Both the position numbers and the translations under genes were made by a program. A DNA stretch of 64,000 nucleotides from the human T2T-CHM13v2.0 reference genome, Homo sapiens: assembly GCF_009914755.1 (NCBI RefSeq), contig NC_060941.1; one strand, written 5' to 3'. Each line of letters starts with the position of its first letter. Positions within the stretch are counted from its first letter, which is position 1. The notes beneath the pieces are model-generated. The model was not told the DNA's origin and did not search any database. It saw nothing but the letters and a program-made list of their open reading frames with translations. Positions 19,320 through 33,942 of this stretch are shown here, one piece after another.

Positions 19320-19668
19320 TTTGGGTTCCAGGAAGCTGGGGCTGTGTGGGCCGGGCTGCTAACTGGGGCTGTGGAGCAATCTGCCAGCCGAGCCCCTTCC
19401 GGAGCTGTGGGTTCCTCTGGGTGTGGGGAAGCTGCCCTCCACAACCTCCTCGGCCTATCTTGGTGCCTCCTGGAGTGCAGGACACACCTCCCAGCTCTGC
19501 AGCCTCACCCACAGGAAGCTCGGGTTGGGGGCAGGCGAAGAGGGAGGTGCCACGCTGGGCTCCCCGCCCTGCACCGGCACTGACCCCGCTGTACCACGGC
19601 CCTCTTGCGGACAGCCCCGGGGACGTCGTTGGGACATCGCTGGGACCCCGGGCTCTGCAGCCACAACC
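19320..19668 (+). promoter_or_regulatory. RAP1GAP2: Proximal promoter and 5' UTR of RAP1GAP2 coding exon 1
   Basis: No obvious TATA box. CTATCT (GATA, 19455-19460), ACAGGAAG (ETS, 19511-19518), CCCCGCCC (GC box, 19562-19569). CpG-enriched, no ATG in the last ~90 nt. TSS not determinable. Confidence 0.6.
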
Positions 19669-19712
19669 ATGTTTGGCCGGAAGCGCAGTGTCTCCTTTGG
19701 GGGCTTCGGATG
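19669..19712 (+). CDS. RAP1GAP2: RAP1 GTPase-activating protein 2, coding exon 1 (MFGRKRSVSFGGFG + TG of Trp15)
   Basis: ACAACC-ATG at 19669. Translation matches the RAP1GAP2 N-terminus as I recall it. Donor TG|GTGGGT at 19713, phase 2, joins exon 2 to give ...GW-IDKTMLASLKVK. Confidence 0.96.
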
Positions 19713-19984
19713 GTGGGTGACAGGTGGGAGGGTGGGGGAATGATGGGAGAGAACTTAGAAGTGAAGTCTTGTTAAGTGCATTGGCGGCCGTGGGAACAGA
19801 GGGGCTCGGGCTGTGCCTGAGAGCTGGGTCTGCTGACGCCCTGGCAGGTCGAGATGCAGGATCCTGGTGGGGACATCAGAGACCGTAAGCCTTCCCCACT
19901 GTCCCTGGGCACAATCTGCTGGCGAATCCTGGAGGTCTGCGCCGGCTGCCCGTGGGGAGGTGGATAGCATGAGTGTGACTGCAG

Positions 19985-20255
19985 TTGAATGTGTGTGTCT
20001 CTGTGTCCGCAGGTTCCCATGTATGTGTGTGCGTGTCTGGGATTATGTGTAAGTGTGTGTGTGCGTGTTTGAGCCTGTGTGTGCAGGCGTGTGTGTGTGG
20101 CTGTGACTGCCAGTCCGTGTGACCGTGTGTGAGGTGTGTGCCTGTGCATGTGGGCAGCTGCCTGTCTGCACTTCTGGCCTTCTGTGTCTGTGTGTGCTTG
20201 TGTCTGCGTGTTTGTGTGTGTGATGCTCCTGTCTGTGCTGTTGTTGTGGCCTTGT
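19985..20255. repeat. Degenerate (TG)n-rich tract in intron 1
   Basis: Multiple gtgtgtgt runs. Confidence 0.8.
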
Positions 20256-22729
20256 GGCAGGGGAGTCTGTACCTGCTGGACCTCTGGGCTGCCTGCTGTC
20301 TTGGGGGTGGGTTGTGAGAGAAGGTCTCCCACCTGCACCCCAGGCAGCCCACCCTAGCTCTGTCCTAGCCTGAGCAGCTGCATCTGTCCCCAGCCTCCTG
20401 CCTGGCCCTCTGGACACTCTTGCCTCTAAGCTTCTGTCTGGGATGAGGGATGTGCTTTTTCTTCCCGGCGGGGGGCAGAAGGTAGGCACACGAAGGCCAA
20501 AGGCTTGTCTCTGGTTCCCAGTGCTGGCAGCTTCTTCGCAGCTGGGGAACAGAGTCTGGTGGTTTTCATGATCGGTTTCCTTTCAGTGCCTGGGCTGGGG
20601 GCGTTGTCAGACTGGGAGAGGGCCCCGCGGGAGGTGGCCGGGGGGTGTCCCGGTGTGGAAAATGGTGGACTAATGGGGGTGGCACGAAGGGCGAGGGGGA
20701 GAGGGGCTGTGTTCCTCGGTAATTTTTCGCTTCCGTGTGTGTGGCTTATTTCCCTCTTCCTCCTCTTCAAAAGCACTTTGCCATCCATCCTCTGGCAGGG
20801 GGGGACTGTGGGCACTCCATGTTTGGCAGATGGGATGGTGCGGATGAGAAGATGGCACAGCGTCGCCTGTGTCTGCTCTCGGGCCCTCCCTGACGCCTGG
20901 ATCTGGGAGCTGCCACCCCGAGGGTAGGTGCCAGTGTCCGGGAGGCAGCAGAGGACTTGGCTTCTGGTTGGGAGGGGTGTGTGTGTCTTGGCTGTGGGCC
21001 TTGCAGGGCAGGGCCCAGCAATTAGATTGTGCCCTCCAAGGCCCGCCTTTCTCTGGGAGGTGTGGAGCAGATGGAAGGCTGGTCGCCAGAAAGCTCCGGG
21101 TGCACAGGTCCCGGTCTCAGCCTAGCTTCATTCCATATGAAGCCCTCTGTGTTGAGACCCACAGCTCCAGAGCACAAGGCAAAGCCAGGCCTGAGATTTG
21201 AATCTGGGCAGGTGAGGGGGAAGACAGGAGTGTGGCTGCCCAGGGCTGCCAAGATAGAAAGCAGAATTCCAAGTTCTTCTCTAGCAGCCCTTCTCACTGG
21301 GGCTTCCTTAATGAAATGCACATTCAGATTCAGGAGGTCTAGGGTGAGCCGAAGGTGGAGGAAGAGCCCTAGGATGTCCCAGACGCCCTTGTGTGCTGGC
21401 TCAGTGTCCACTAGGCTGTGGGTTCCAGGAGGGCAGGCCCTGCCCCGTCGCGTTCACCTGGAAGCCTGGCATGTCACACAGGCTCAGTCGATGCTTGTGG
21501 ACTCATCGAGGTCTTTTGCACACAGCAGGTGTCTGCTTGGGGCCCCTTGAGGTTGACGGGATGGCGGGGCCTTCTGGGCTTGGAAGGTTAAGGCAGCAAG
21601 AAAGGGGGCGAGACTGGGGTTTGGGCCTCCTCATCTGGGATGGCTGTCAGCTGGGAGGGGGTGTCACGGATTCCTGGAGCCCTGGTCCCTCCAGACAGTG
21701 AACAGAATCTCTGGGGCTGGTGTTTTCCAAGCTCCATTGGATGCAGGGTGGATAACCTCTGGCACCAGGGGCAGACAAGGTGATGAGGGTGGGTGGGATG
21801 GGATGGGGGAGGGAGGAGTGCCCAGGAGCCTTGGCTTCCTGAAAGGGAAAGGCCCAGCCTCACAGTCCTCTCCATCTCCCATCTCAGCCTCTCCAAAACC
21901 AGAGCCCTGCCCTCCTGAGGCCACACCCTGATGTGGGAACTCTGGTGGGCTGGCTGCTGTGTAGGCGTGGTTTGAACCAGGGCTGCTGTGACCACGGTGC
22001 CTGTAGGTGGTGCGGTGGGCGGGGCTGACCCGACAGCGGTCAGAGGTGCACGCACCAGGAGCCCCGGTTCCAGCGGTTCCAGCGCCGACTCCACCTTGAC
22101 CATTGAGGAACTCTAATGGGACACTTCCTCTCTCTGGGTCTCAGTTTCCCCTTGTGTCAGTGGGGGATTTCTGCCTTACCCACAACACAGGGCTGTTGTA
22201 AGAATTAGGAGATTCCTTGAGAAAATGTAAAACCTAAGCGCCTGCTGTGAGGGGCTGCCATCCGGCAGCTCTGGGTTGCACGCGTTACAGCAGAGTGTGG
22301 GGCTCTGAGTCCTGCTCGGATCTGGGTGTCTGTGCGTTGAATGGGGGAAGAGGAGGGTCTGCACCCCAGAGCGGGTGGGGATTCCAGGGTGAGACCCTCA
22401 GGGACCAGTAGTGGAAGCCCTAAGGAAGGGACTCAAGAGGACGTGTGAGGAAGAAACTGGGAGAGACGTGGGCCAGGCCCCTCGGGGTGCCGCTTGCTTT
22501 GCTGTTGTAACTGAGATCAGAAGGTGCTGGGAGTTTACTCAGAGTGAAAGGACCCCGTCCCCTAGCTCCAGGCCTCAGGGTGACTTGTGGGCTGGCTCAG
22601 CTCCGTGTCCTCTCCTCTTCCCTGGAGCTGTGACTGTGGGAAGCCTGAGGCAGAGCTGGGCTGGCCAGAGAAGGGTGCCGGAAAGAGCCTCCAGGGTCTC
22701 CAGCATGCTGGAGCCAGTGGCAGTTTTAG

Positions 22730-22860
22730 TGAAGCTGACAGTGATGGTGACACTGATGATGACATGTGGTGACATGGACAGTGATGGTGACACGAATCGT
22801 GATGTTGCAAAGGCAGCATTGGTGCTGGTGGCAGTGCTGGTGACAGTGGTGGTCACGACC
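22730..22860. repeat. GGT/GAT-rich low-complexity trinucleotide tract
   Basis: gtgatggtgacactgatgatgac...ggtgacagtggtggtc. Confidence 0.65.
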
Positions 22861-23655
22861 CTTCCACAAGAGGAGATACTGACAGTGGGAACACTGTCCA
22901 CCTTTCTGCCTCTGGAGAGGGAGGAGGGGCCTCTTCTTGCCAGCCATAAGGGCTGGCATATGCAGGGGGGTAAAAATAGAACCTCAGCGGCGCTGTCTCC
23001 CCTTCCAGTGAGGGCGGGCACAGGCTGGGGATGGAGGAGCTGGCTGTGAGGGCAGTCTGCAGCAAACGTGATCTTCCCCGCTCTGAACCTCTGTGCCTGA
23101 TACAACCCACCAGGGTCTGCCCCAGGAGCAGGGTCTGCCTCCCTGGATGGACTGGTGGCTCCTTGGGCAGGAGGGTCCCTGGGGCTGGGGATGCTTGCGT
23201 CTTCCCAAAGCAGACGCCTGGGAAATATGGATGTCCACCTGGCATTGAGATTGACATCCGTGCTGACCCCTGAAGCCGGGTTGCTGGGTTCTCTTGCGAG
23301 GGTAGCCGTAATAAAGGGAGAGGCTGCATACAAAGTGCTTACGATCCCTGGACCTGACGTGAGATACCTGAATTCAGACTGGGCCAGTGATTTTACCTTT
23401 CTGAGCCTGGGTTTCCTCATCTCTGAAATGGGGAGAATAATAATACGCATGTTGTAGGGTGGTGTGTGGCCCCAGCTCTCCCAGCACTCAGAGGCGTCTC
23501 TCCCCCTGCTAGCGGAGAACTGGCCCCTTTAGCCAGTCCCTGACAGAGCCCTGCTGTCTGGTGGTTTGGGCTGTCCCGGGGACTCCTCCATACAGATGCT
23601 ATGTAGGAGTCTTCAGCCTCAGCACTGACCGGAGCCCTTGCTTTTCTCTTGGCAG

Positions 23656-23691
23656 GATCGACAAGACCATGCTGGCAAGTCTGAAGGTCAA
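23656..23691 (+). CDS. RAP1GAP2: RAP1GAP2 coding exon 2 (36 nt; G ATC GAC AAG ACC ATG CTG GCA AGT CTG AAG GTC AA)
   Basis: Acceptor cttttctcttggcAG (AG 23654-23655), donor AA|GTAAGT (23692). In frame with exon 1, phase 2-2. Confidence 0.96.
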
Positions 23692-23730
23692 GTAAGTAGC
23701 AATTTCCTGTTCTGTAAAGGTCAGAGATGA

Positions 23731-24626
<896 letters not shown>

Positions 24627-24733
24627 GAAAGATAATTACATTTTTTATCACTTTAATTTTTATGTGAACTCCCAATCCTGGCAGTGACTTTCTGACATTC
24701 CCCGCCTACTAGGACCTGACTAAACACTCCAGG

Positions 24734-24736
<3 letters not shown>

Positions 24737-24764
<28 letters not shown>
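24737..24764 (+). repeat. (TG)14 microsatellite
   Basis: Read directly. Confidence 0.98.
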
Positions 24765-25445
24765 ATGTCAGCTGCTCATCAAGTCATTTGTTGCCAGGTA
24801 TGTCAGCATGGGCAGCCTGGCCCTGGGGCTTTCTGAGGCTCCCACGCCAGACTCAGGGTGTGGGAATTACCTGCCTCGGTTTACCGTGTATCTCTTGGTC
24901 CGTCTGCTGAGGTCCGAAGCAGGCACAGCCCTCTCCTAGAACCTCTGACCTCTCTTCCCTCACCACCTTCATTCCTTTTTCCTCTGTGTTTCTGGCCAAA
25001 CCATTTTGTCTGCATCCTGATCTCCTTTTTCTTTTGAGACTTAACCAAAGTGTAGCCTGCGTCCAGCTGCACCCCTCCCATGAGGCAATGAGTACTGGCT
25101 AACCATCTGCTCCAGTGGAGTGAATTGAAAAGGAGGGAAATTCTAGGAGGAAAAAAGCATTGGCCTCTAGCTCAAAATATTCTCCCGGCACATGTGAATT
25201 CACTGTTGCATGGAAAATTCCTCCAATGAATCGCCCTCCTTCCGAGGCAGCTTCTCTGGGTTGTCACTCCCCCATCTCGGCAGAAGGTTTTCCCTGCCTA
25301 GTCTCCCTCTGTCATGCCATTCAGTTGCCAGCCCTGGTTGTGTATCCCCTGGATGCAGGTCCCTGGGCAAAGTACGGCCAGTCTTGACGGTTGGCATAAA
25401 AGAGGGTCAAAATAAGAGGTTTCCCACTTTGGTTGGTTTTGTTCA

Positions 25446-25830
<385 letters not shown>

Positions 25831-26564
25831 CTAGAGCTGATGCCAGGAGTGCCATGGAGTAGTCCCGAAAGGCTGCCTGGAGGAGGTGGCCTCTAAAGTA
25901 GCTCTTAGAGATGAAGCAGGATAGTAGGACCCCCATGTCTGTGCTGGCTTGGCATGGTGTGTGCATCAGTGCAGACCCATTCAATCTGGAGGTGTCAGGG
26001 CAAGTCACCCGGGACAAGATGCTTCCCTTCTCTGGGCTTTAGTTTCCATATCTTTTGTCCAGTGGACACAATAATGTCTGGTTTTCCTAGAGCTTTCTAG
26101 AGCATATTTGCATACTGAGTGAGACGCCAGGCATGAAGCAGAGCTGCTAAGGGGTGTAGAGTGGTCAGAGTGTTCTTTTGGTGCTGTTTTGGGACATCTA
26201 GTTCAATCTCACAAGCACTTATCGAGGGAGGGCCTGTTTGTAAATATAATATCTGCAACCTGGAAGTGCACCAGTTATAGGGTAGAGTGAAAAGCTGGGG
26301 GCGTGGGCCAGGGTTGAGATTGGGACCCCAGTGAGGTCTCTGAGTGATTATCTGGGAAGGCGATATTGGGATGATAGCTTGGGACAGTGTGTAGCACTGT
26401 GTTCGGAGTTTTATTGGTTAAGATTCCTTTGATTACAAGAAACAAAAACCCAGTGTCATCTGGTTACGCAAAAGATGGAATTTATGGGGAAGAAAGCAGG
26501 GTGCCCCAGGGAACTGAAGGGGAGGAAGCAAAGCCAGAGCTCAGGAGTGGTTGAACCAGGAACT

Positions 26565-27145
26565 GGAAACCCGTTGCCATCAAAATCCCAGCTGGCTTCT
26601 TTGCAGACATGGATAAGCTGATCCTGAGATTCACATAGAAGTTCAAAGATAATCTTGAAAAAGGAGAACAAAGTTGGTGCACTCATTCTTCCTGATTTCA
26701 AAACGTATCGCGGCCAGGCGCGATGGCTCACGCCTGTAATCCCAGCACTTTCGGAGGTCGAGGCACGTGGATCATTTGAGGTCAGGAGTTTGCGACAAGC
26801 CTGACCAACATGGTAAAACCCCGTCTCTACTGAAAATACAAAAATTAGCCCAGTGTGGTGGTGTGCGCCTGTAGCCCCGGCTACTTGGGAGGCTGAGGCA
26901 GGAGAGTCGCTTGAACCCAGGAGGTGGAGGTTACCATGAGCTGAGATCACACCATTACACTACAGCCTGGGTGACAGAGTGAGACTATGTCTCAAAACAA
27001 AACAAAAACAGAACAAAACAAAACAAAAGTATTGCAAAGCTATGGTTATTAAGACAGTGTGGTACGGACATAAAGATGGACAGACAGATGGATCCAGTAG
27101 AATTCAGAGTTCAGAAATAAGCCCTTGCATTTCTGGTGAATTGAT
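26565..27145 (+). mobile_element. Old L1M ORF2 fragment interrupted by an Alu (26712-27028)
   Basis: atcaaaatcccagctggc...aagctgatcctgagattc...aagacagtgtggtac is L1 ORF2-like. Alu has a (CAAAA)n tail. Confidence 0.75.
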
Positions 27146-28369
27146 GAGGCAGCCAAATGCCCACTGTTGGGGCTCCTGAGTCACCAAGATGCCTCCTCCC
27201 TCTGCCTTTGCTGGGTGAGGCATCTCTCCTTCTACAGCAGCTCACTGCATTCCCTGCCATGTAGCGGATACTCCTGGGCTGCAGCCCAGGCTCCCTGGTT
27301 GCCTTGGCTCCCTCCCCAAGGACCTGGTGTCCTTGGTGCCTCCCCAGGTGTCCCTGAGGCCTGCAGCTCTGACGACAGGGGTCTGGCCTCACCGTTATGA
27401 AGCATTCACTGTGTGCTCAGGCTTCGTTGCACTGTTTTCCTGAGGCTTTGCACCCACCTCATGAAGCAGGCACCAATCCTCTCTGCATTTTACAGATAAG
27501 AAAGTGGAGACTGAGAGAGTTTAGGAAACCCGTTCAAGGTCTTCAGGGAGGAAGTCACAGAGTTGGGATTTGAATCTGGGTCTGTGTTTTGTGTGTGGAG
27601 CTGAGTGGTTCTCACACCTGCCTCCCGCCCTACTTTCCCATATTCTTTCCCTGATGTTCTCAGGGGCTGTGTATATAGAATCCGTGGCCGCAGAATGCAC
27701 CTCCGCCTCCACGACACCGTGGGTGAGAAGGCCGCCCCTGGTTTGCTGGGGCCCATCCCCTTGCTGGAGGCCTGGATTGAATGGGGTCTGTGGTGCCTGG
27801 ATGAGTTGGACACTCAGAAGCAAGGATTTACTTAACTGCAGTGCAGGGGTACAGGGGCTATGGAGCCACGTTGGAATGCTGGAGGGGAGGTGGCAACGGT
27901 ACCACGCAGGAGAAGGAGGCTTGTGTGTGGGATATAGCCTCAGGCTAACACACAGGCAAATCGTTCACCTCTCTGGGTCAGTTTCCCCGTCTGTAAAGGG
28001 TTGGATTAGCGTCCAGCCTTCTCTCTTCCAGCCTTGACGTTCTAGGAGTTTGCATTCATGCCTTGAATCCTTTCGTATTTTTCTCAGGACCTTGGTGATG
28101 GTAGGCGCTCGCTGTTGAGTGAGTGAATGCATGGCTGTGTGAATGGAAGTCTCTGAGAGCAGGGGCTCCGTGCATTACATCCCTGACTCCTTAGGGCCTA
28201 CCCAGTGCCTGGCACAAAACAGGTTTTCAGTCTGTATTTGCTGAATGAATCAACATGTGTCATCATGGTTGGCCCATCACATGCAGGTGGAAGGAAGGAG
28301 AGAAAGAGGCAGGCTCAGCGTGTGGGGATCCCTCTTCTCCAGTCCGCTCTGGGGGCCAGCTGGGCATGA

Positions 28370-28786
<417 letters not shown>

Positions 28787-28864
28787 CAAAACCTCTGCTC
28801 CTTTTTGCTACCCTCTGTGCTCTCTCCACAGAGACCCCTGCATCTTTGCTAAAGAAAGAGATGC

Positions 28865-28900
28865 GTGTATGTGTGTGTGTGTGTGTGTGTCTGTCTGTCT
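28865..28900 (+). repeat. (GT)10 plus (CTGT) microsatellite
   Basis: Read directly. Confidence 0.9.
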
Positions 28901-29469
28901 GCTGCATGGGCTCCAGCTACCTGAGGTGACCGTCATGCACAGGGGCTGGCTGCGGTGGCCTGGAGTGAGCACGTGAATGGTTCAGGGTAGCCTGTCTCCA
29001 CTGCTGGAGCACATTCTCATGCACACTCCTGAGGGGTGGGGAAGTCTAAAATCCATTGCCTTGTAGGAAAAAAATCCAGCTTAAATTTAAGTGGGTGGCT
29101 GCAGCCCTTGGTCCCTAGAAGTGGCACCTCTGGAGAGGGATGAAGCCCATGATGGGACCTGGGTGCAGCTGTGCTCTGTGATTTCTTCCCTAGGAGAAGG
29201 ACGGGGAGGGCCTGGAGGAGCTCCTGCTTGGCTGGGCCAGCATGTCAGTTCTACTGTGGTTTGGCCAGAAGATACCACACAGCCACCGCTATTCTAAGTT
29301 TCAGATTTAACCAGCTAAGAATTGAAAATCCTGCTAGAAATGAAGGGGCCATGAAGGACAGGGCTCAGTGTGTCTCCGGGCAGCTTTCCTAGGTCCCTGG
29401 GGACTCCAGTGTCAGCTGCTGGAGACATTGTCCATGAGAGCAGGGGCTTGCCACAGCCAGGAAGCTTGA

Positions 29470-30311
<842 letters not shown>

Positions 30312-31021
30312 GTTGATTCCAATTTAATGACTCTTTTCATTCACCAGTTGAAGGCCACACCTACCAATTCATTCCCCCACCTTTGGCCACTGGGTCTTTG
30401 TTTACTGTAGATTACAAGAATTCTTGAGGCACCACTACGATGTTCTAGAACCCTCTGGGGCCAACTCATCTTAGTCTGCTCTTCTCCTACACACCTAGGG
30501 CATCTGCTGAGAGTTTGCTGGGGTTGTCAAGGACAGGGGGAGCTTGAGGTTTTTGGGGGTAGACAGCTGAGTCAGTTCAGCCTACATTTACTGGGCACCT
30601 ACACTCTGCAGGGAGACAGTTGCCATGGCACGGGACAAGGGCTGCGATGCCCACAGAAAGGATGGAGGGGGGCCTCCTGGAGACCTGGTGATGCCTGAGC
30701 TGTCTCCAGGGGTGCGTAAGGTCAGCAGGGAGGAGAGAATGCACTCCAGGTAGCCCGACCCTCACGAAGGCAGTGGGGCGTGAAGCAGCTTCAGCAGGTG
30801 GGACCTGGGAGCAGTTACTATTACCAGACAGAAGCGAGGGTGGGAGTGCAGGGGGCTGGGGGAAGGCAGGCCACGTCTGGGAGGGTAGGTGAGCTATGCT
30901 GGAAGTGGGGCTGGATCAAAGGGCTTAGGACTAGGGGAATGCTATGGTGAGCTCGAGTCTGAGAGCCCCTCTGGCTGACTGGAGGGGTTAGAGAGGAGGC
31001 AGGGCGGCCAGGAGGGGATAT

Positions 31022-31333
31022 TGAGACAGCCACGTAAAGAGGTCCCCGGAGACCCTCCGCTGGCCTGCGCCCTGGGGTGAGGCCTCGGGAAGTTCGCACT
31101 GTTTCCAGCGGGGAGGATCCTGGCCATTCCTGTTTGGAGGTGGTAACCTGGGGATCCAACCTGTGAGATGGAGGCCTGTTAACAGGAACCTCTCTTGCTT
31201 TGCTGAGCTTTTTTCCTTTCGCCCAGTAAATCCCGTTGTTCTCACCCTTCTGTCGTGTCCAAGAGCCTAATCTTTCTTGGTGGTGTGACAAGGACCCCGT
31301 TTTGAGCTGAGCTCAGGAGAAAGTCCCATAATA
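31022..31333 (+). mobile_element. Solo ERV1 LTR, MER61-like, sense to gene
   Basis: Starts tgagacagcc...ggtccccgga...cctcgggaagttcgc and ends gacccc...gctgagctcaggagaaagtcccataata, similar to the MER61 consensus as recalled; subfamily uncertain. Confidence 0.7.
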
Positions 31334-33474
31334 GCATGGGGCTGGAGGGAGTGGCCTTCCCTGCCTGGAGCTGGTTTGGAAGGTGTGGGTGAAGGTGAGA
31401 AGAAGGGTCAGCTGAGGACTCTCAGAAGGCTTCCTGTGAGCGCTGGGTGGATGCTGGTCCCATTCATGGAGACGGAGAACTAGCGAGTTTGGGCAGTTTG
31501 GGCGGGGAAGGAGGGAGTAAGACTCTGAATGTAAAATCTTCCCTCCACTTTCCACTCTCCTGTTTGGTCTGTCTGAGACCCACCATATACCTCCTGCCCT
31601 GTGGAAGGGGGCAGAGGAGAGAGCAGCATCCTGAGGGCCGTGGGGGCTGGTCTGCGGCCTGGGAAGCAGCTGCACGGCGTCCCCTCGCTGGCCCGGCTCG
31701 GCTCCTGGGTGCCTTTGGCAGGTGAGTTCCAGGTGAGCACTGGCCGGTGTGGCCGCCCTTGTGACTGACAGCTGGCCACACCACAGAACCCACTGTTAGA
31801 TACCCTCCAGGTGGGTCGAGGAGAATGTGCCCATTTCTGTCTTGAGTGGCAGACTCTGGTTCGTTGATTTCTTCAGGATGGGCCCTGTGCCTGAGGACAG
31901 TGTTGGCATGTGTGGGGGCATGTGGGTGTGTGCAGATACGTGTAGGCATGTGTGCACGCTCGCCCATGCAGGTGGACGTGAGCGCTGAGGGCCCATGTGG
32001 GTGCCTATGTGGTGCCTTTTTTGGCTTTAGCGAGTTCCTATGGTAACCATGAACATGCCTGTTTTGGGATCTGGAGTCTCGGGGCGTGCGTGGCTGCAGG
32101 GAGAAGCAGGGAAGGCGAGCGCTTAGCCGGTGGTTGGCTTGATTTCATTACCAGGCACCGGGGCTGCTCCTGGAGGTACCATTTGCCAGGCGGCAAGGTC
32201 TGCAGACTCCAAGACCCATGTGCTCCTGGCCCTCCTCCTGGCCAGTCCCTGCCATGCCCAGGAAGCCCTGGTGAGTCCCTGTTCTGGTTTCTCATTGGAC
32301 AAACAGCTCCCCGGACTTGGCCAGGTCTTGTGGGTATCTGCTGATGGGCAGGCAGGGAGCCGGCTGGCAGCCCTGGCCAGTAGGTACCAGGAATTGGGGC
32401 TCTTCTGAGATGAGTGTGGGACAGTGGGCAGGAGGGGCTTTGCCTATTCACGGAGCCCGTGAGGGTGTTTTCCATGTGGCTGGTGGAGTGGCATGGTCCT
32501 TGTGGGTCCCATGGACAGGGCTAACCGTGTGAGTGTGAGGGTATGGGCAAGGACGCCGGAGAGGAAAATGTGGACCGGGTGGCCTGTGGCCCGCCAGCCG
32601 AGACCCAACCATCCCCGGAGGCCCCCCTCACCCCTCTCAGCTCCCCGGGTCCTCATGAACCCCCAGGCCTCTGGCCATGCACTTGGGCTTCCTCGCTGGT
32701 CTCCCCAGGCCCAGAGGCCTGCTGGCCTGGCCTGGATGGGAAGACTCACGGTCCTGTGGAAGAGGCCAGAGGGCTCTGCCCGGCTCGCTGGGAGCTGGAT
32801 TTGGCCAAGGCCGGGGAAGAATTGCTCCCACTTGGCTCTGGAGAAAGACTCGTGCCTCCCCAGATTGTGCACCCCCTGGTGCTTCTTGTCTACACACTGC
32901 AGACCCATGGGTGTGTCAGGACACCCCTCTCCAGCCACCGCGGGAGAGGCTCTTGATGGACAGGGGCCCAAGCAGCCCTCAGGGGCCGTACAGAGACGAC
33001 GCTGGTGTCTGGGAGCGGGGTGGCACCTTCTATCCCCTTCCTCCCGCTGGCTCCTCTGGGGCAGCTAGCAGGGAGTTGGGGATGTGAGTGTCAATAGGGG
33101 CTGTCAGTGGCCCCTCTGGCTTGTGCTGGGACCCTCCCCCCCCCCGCCCCACCCCAGGAGTTCCTTCCTCTGCCTCTGAGAAGGCTCTGGGTGAGGCTAT
33201 GCTGGGACCGGGGGCTGTGTGTGGAGCAGGAGTTGCTAGGGCTGGACAGAGGGCTGAGGCCCTGGTGAAGGGCGAGGGGAGCAAATGTGGACCTTGCGAG
33301 CTTTGTCTGGACCACCCCGGCCTTCCCTCCCTGGGAGGCAGAGTCCAGAACCTAATCCCCGATGGCCTTCCCTGGGGGCGCTGGGAGAGGGAGAGGGGAA
33401 CCTTCAGGAGAGACCCCCAGATCTCTAGAGTCTTTGAATCTTAGGGCTTGAGATTTAAAAAGTCAAATTAGTCG

Positions 33475-33942
<468 letters not shown>

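Noticed and set aside
19606-19618. GCGGACAGCCCC REST right half-site
   Set aside because: No matching left half-site
19423-19743. 106-aa ORF containing MFGRKRS
   Set aside because: Starts at a non-ATG codon and reads through the donor; only 19669-19712 is supported as coding
22575-23450. 291-aa antisense ORF in intron 1
   Set aside because: Begins in a MIR, crosses low-complexity GGT/GAT sequence, no recognisable domain; likely a chance ORF in GC-rich DNA
31022-31333. p53 response element expected in some MER61 subfamilies
   Set aside because: No RRRCWWGYYY tandem visible in this copy
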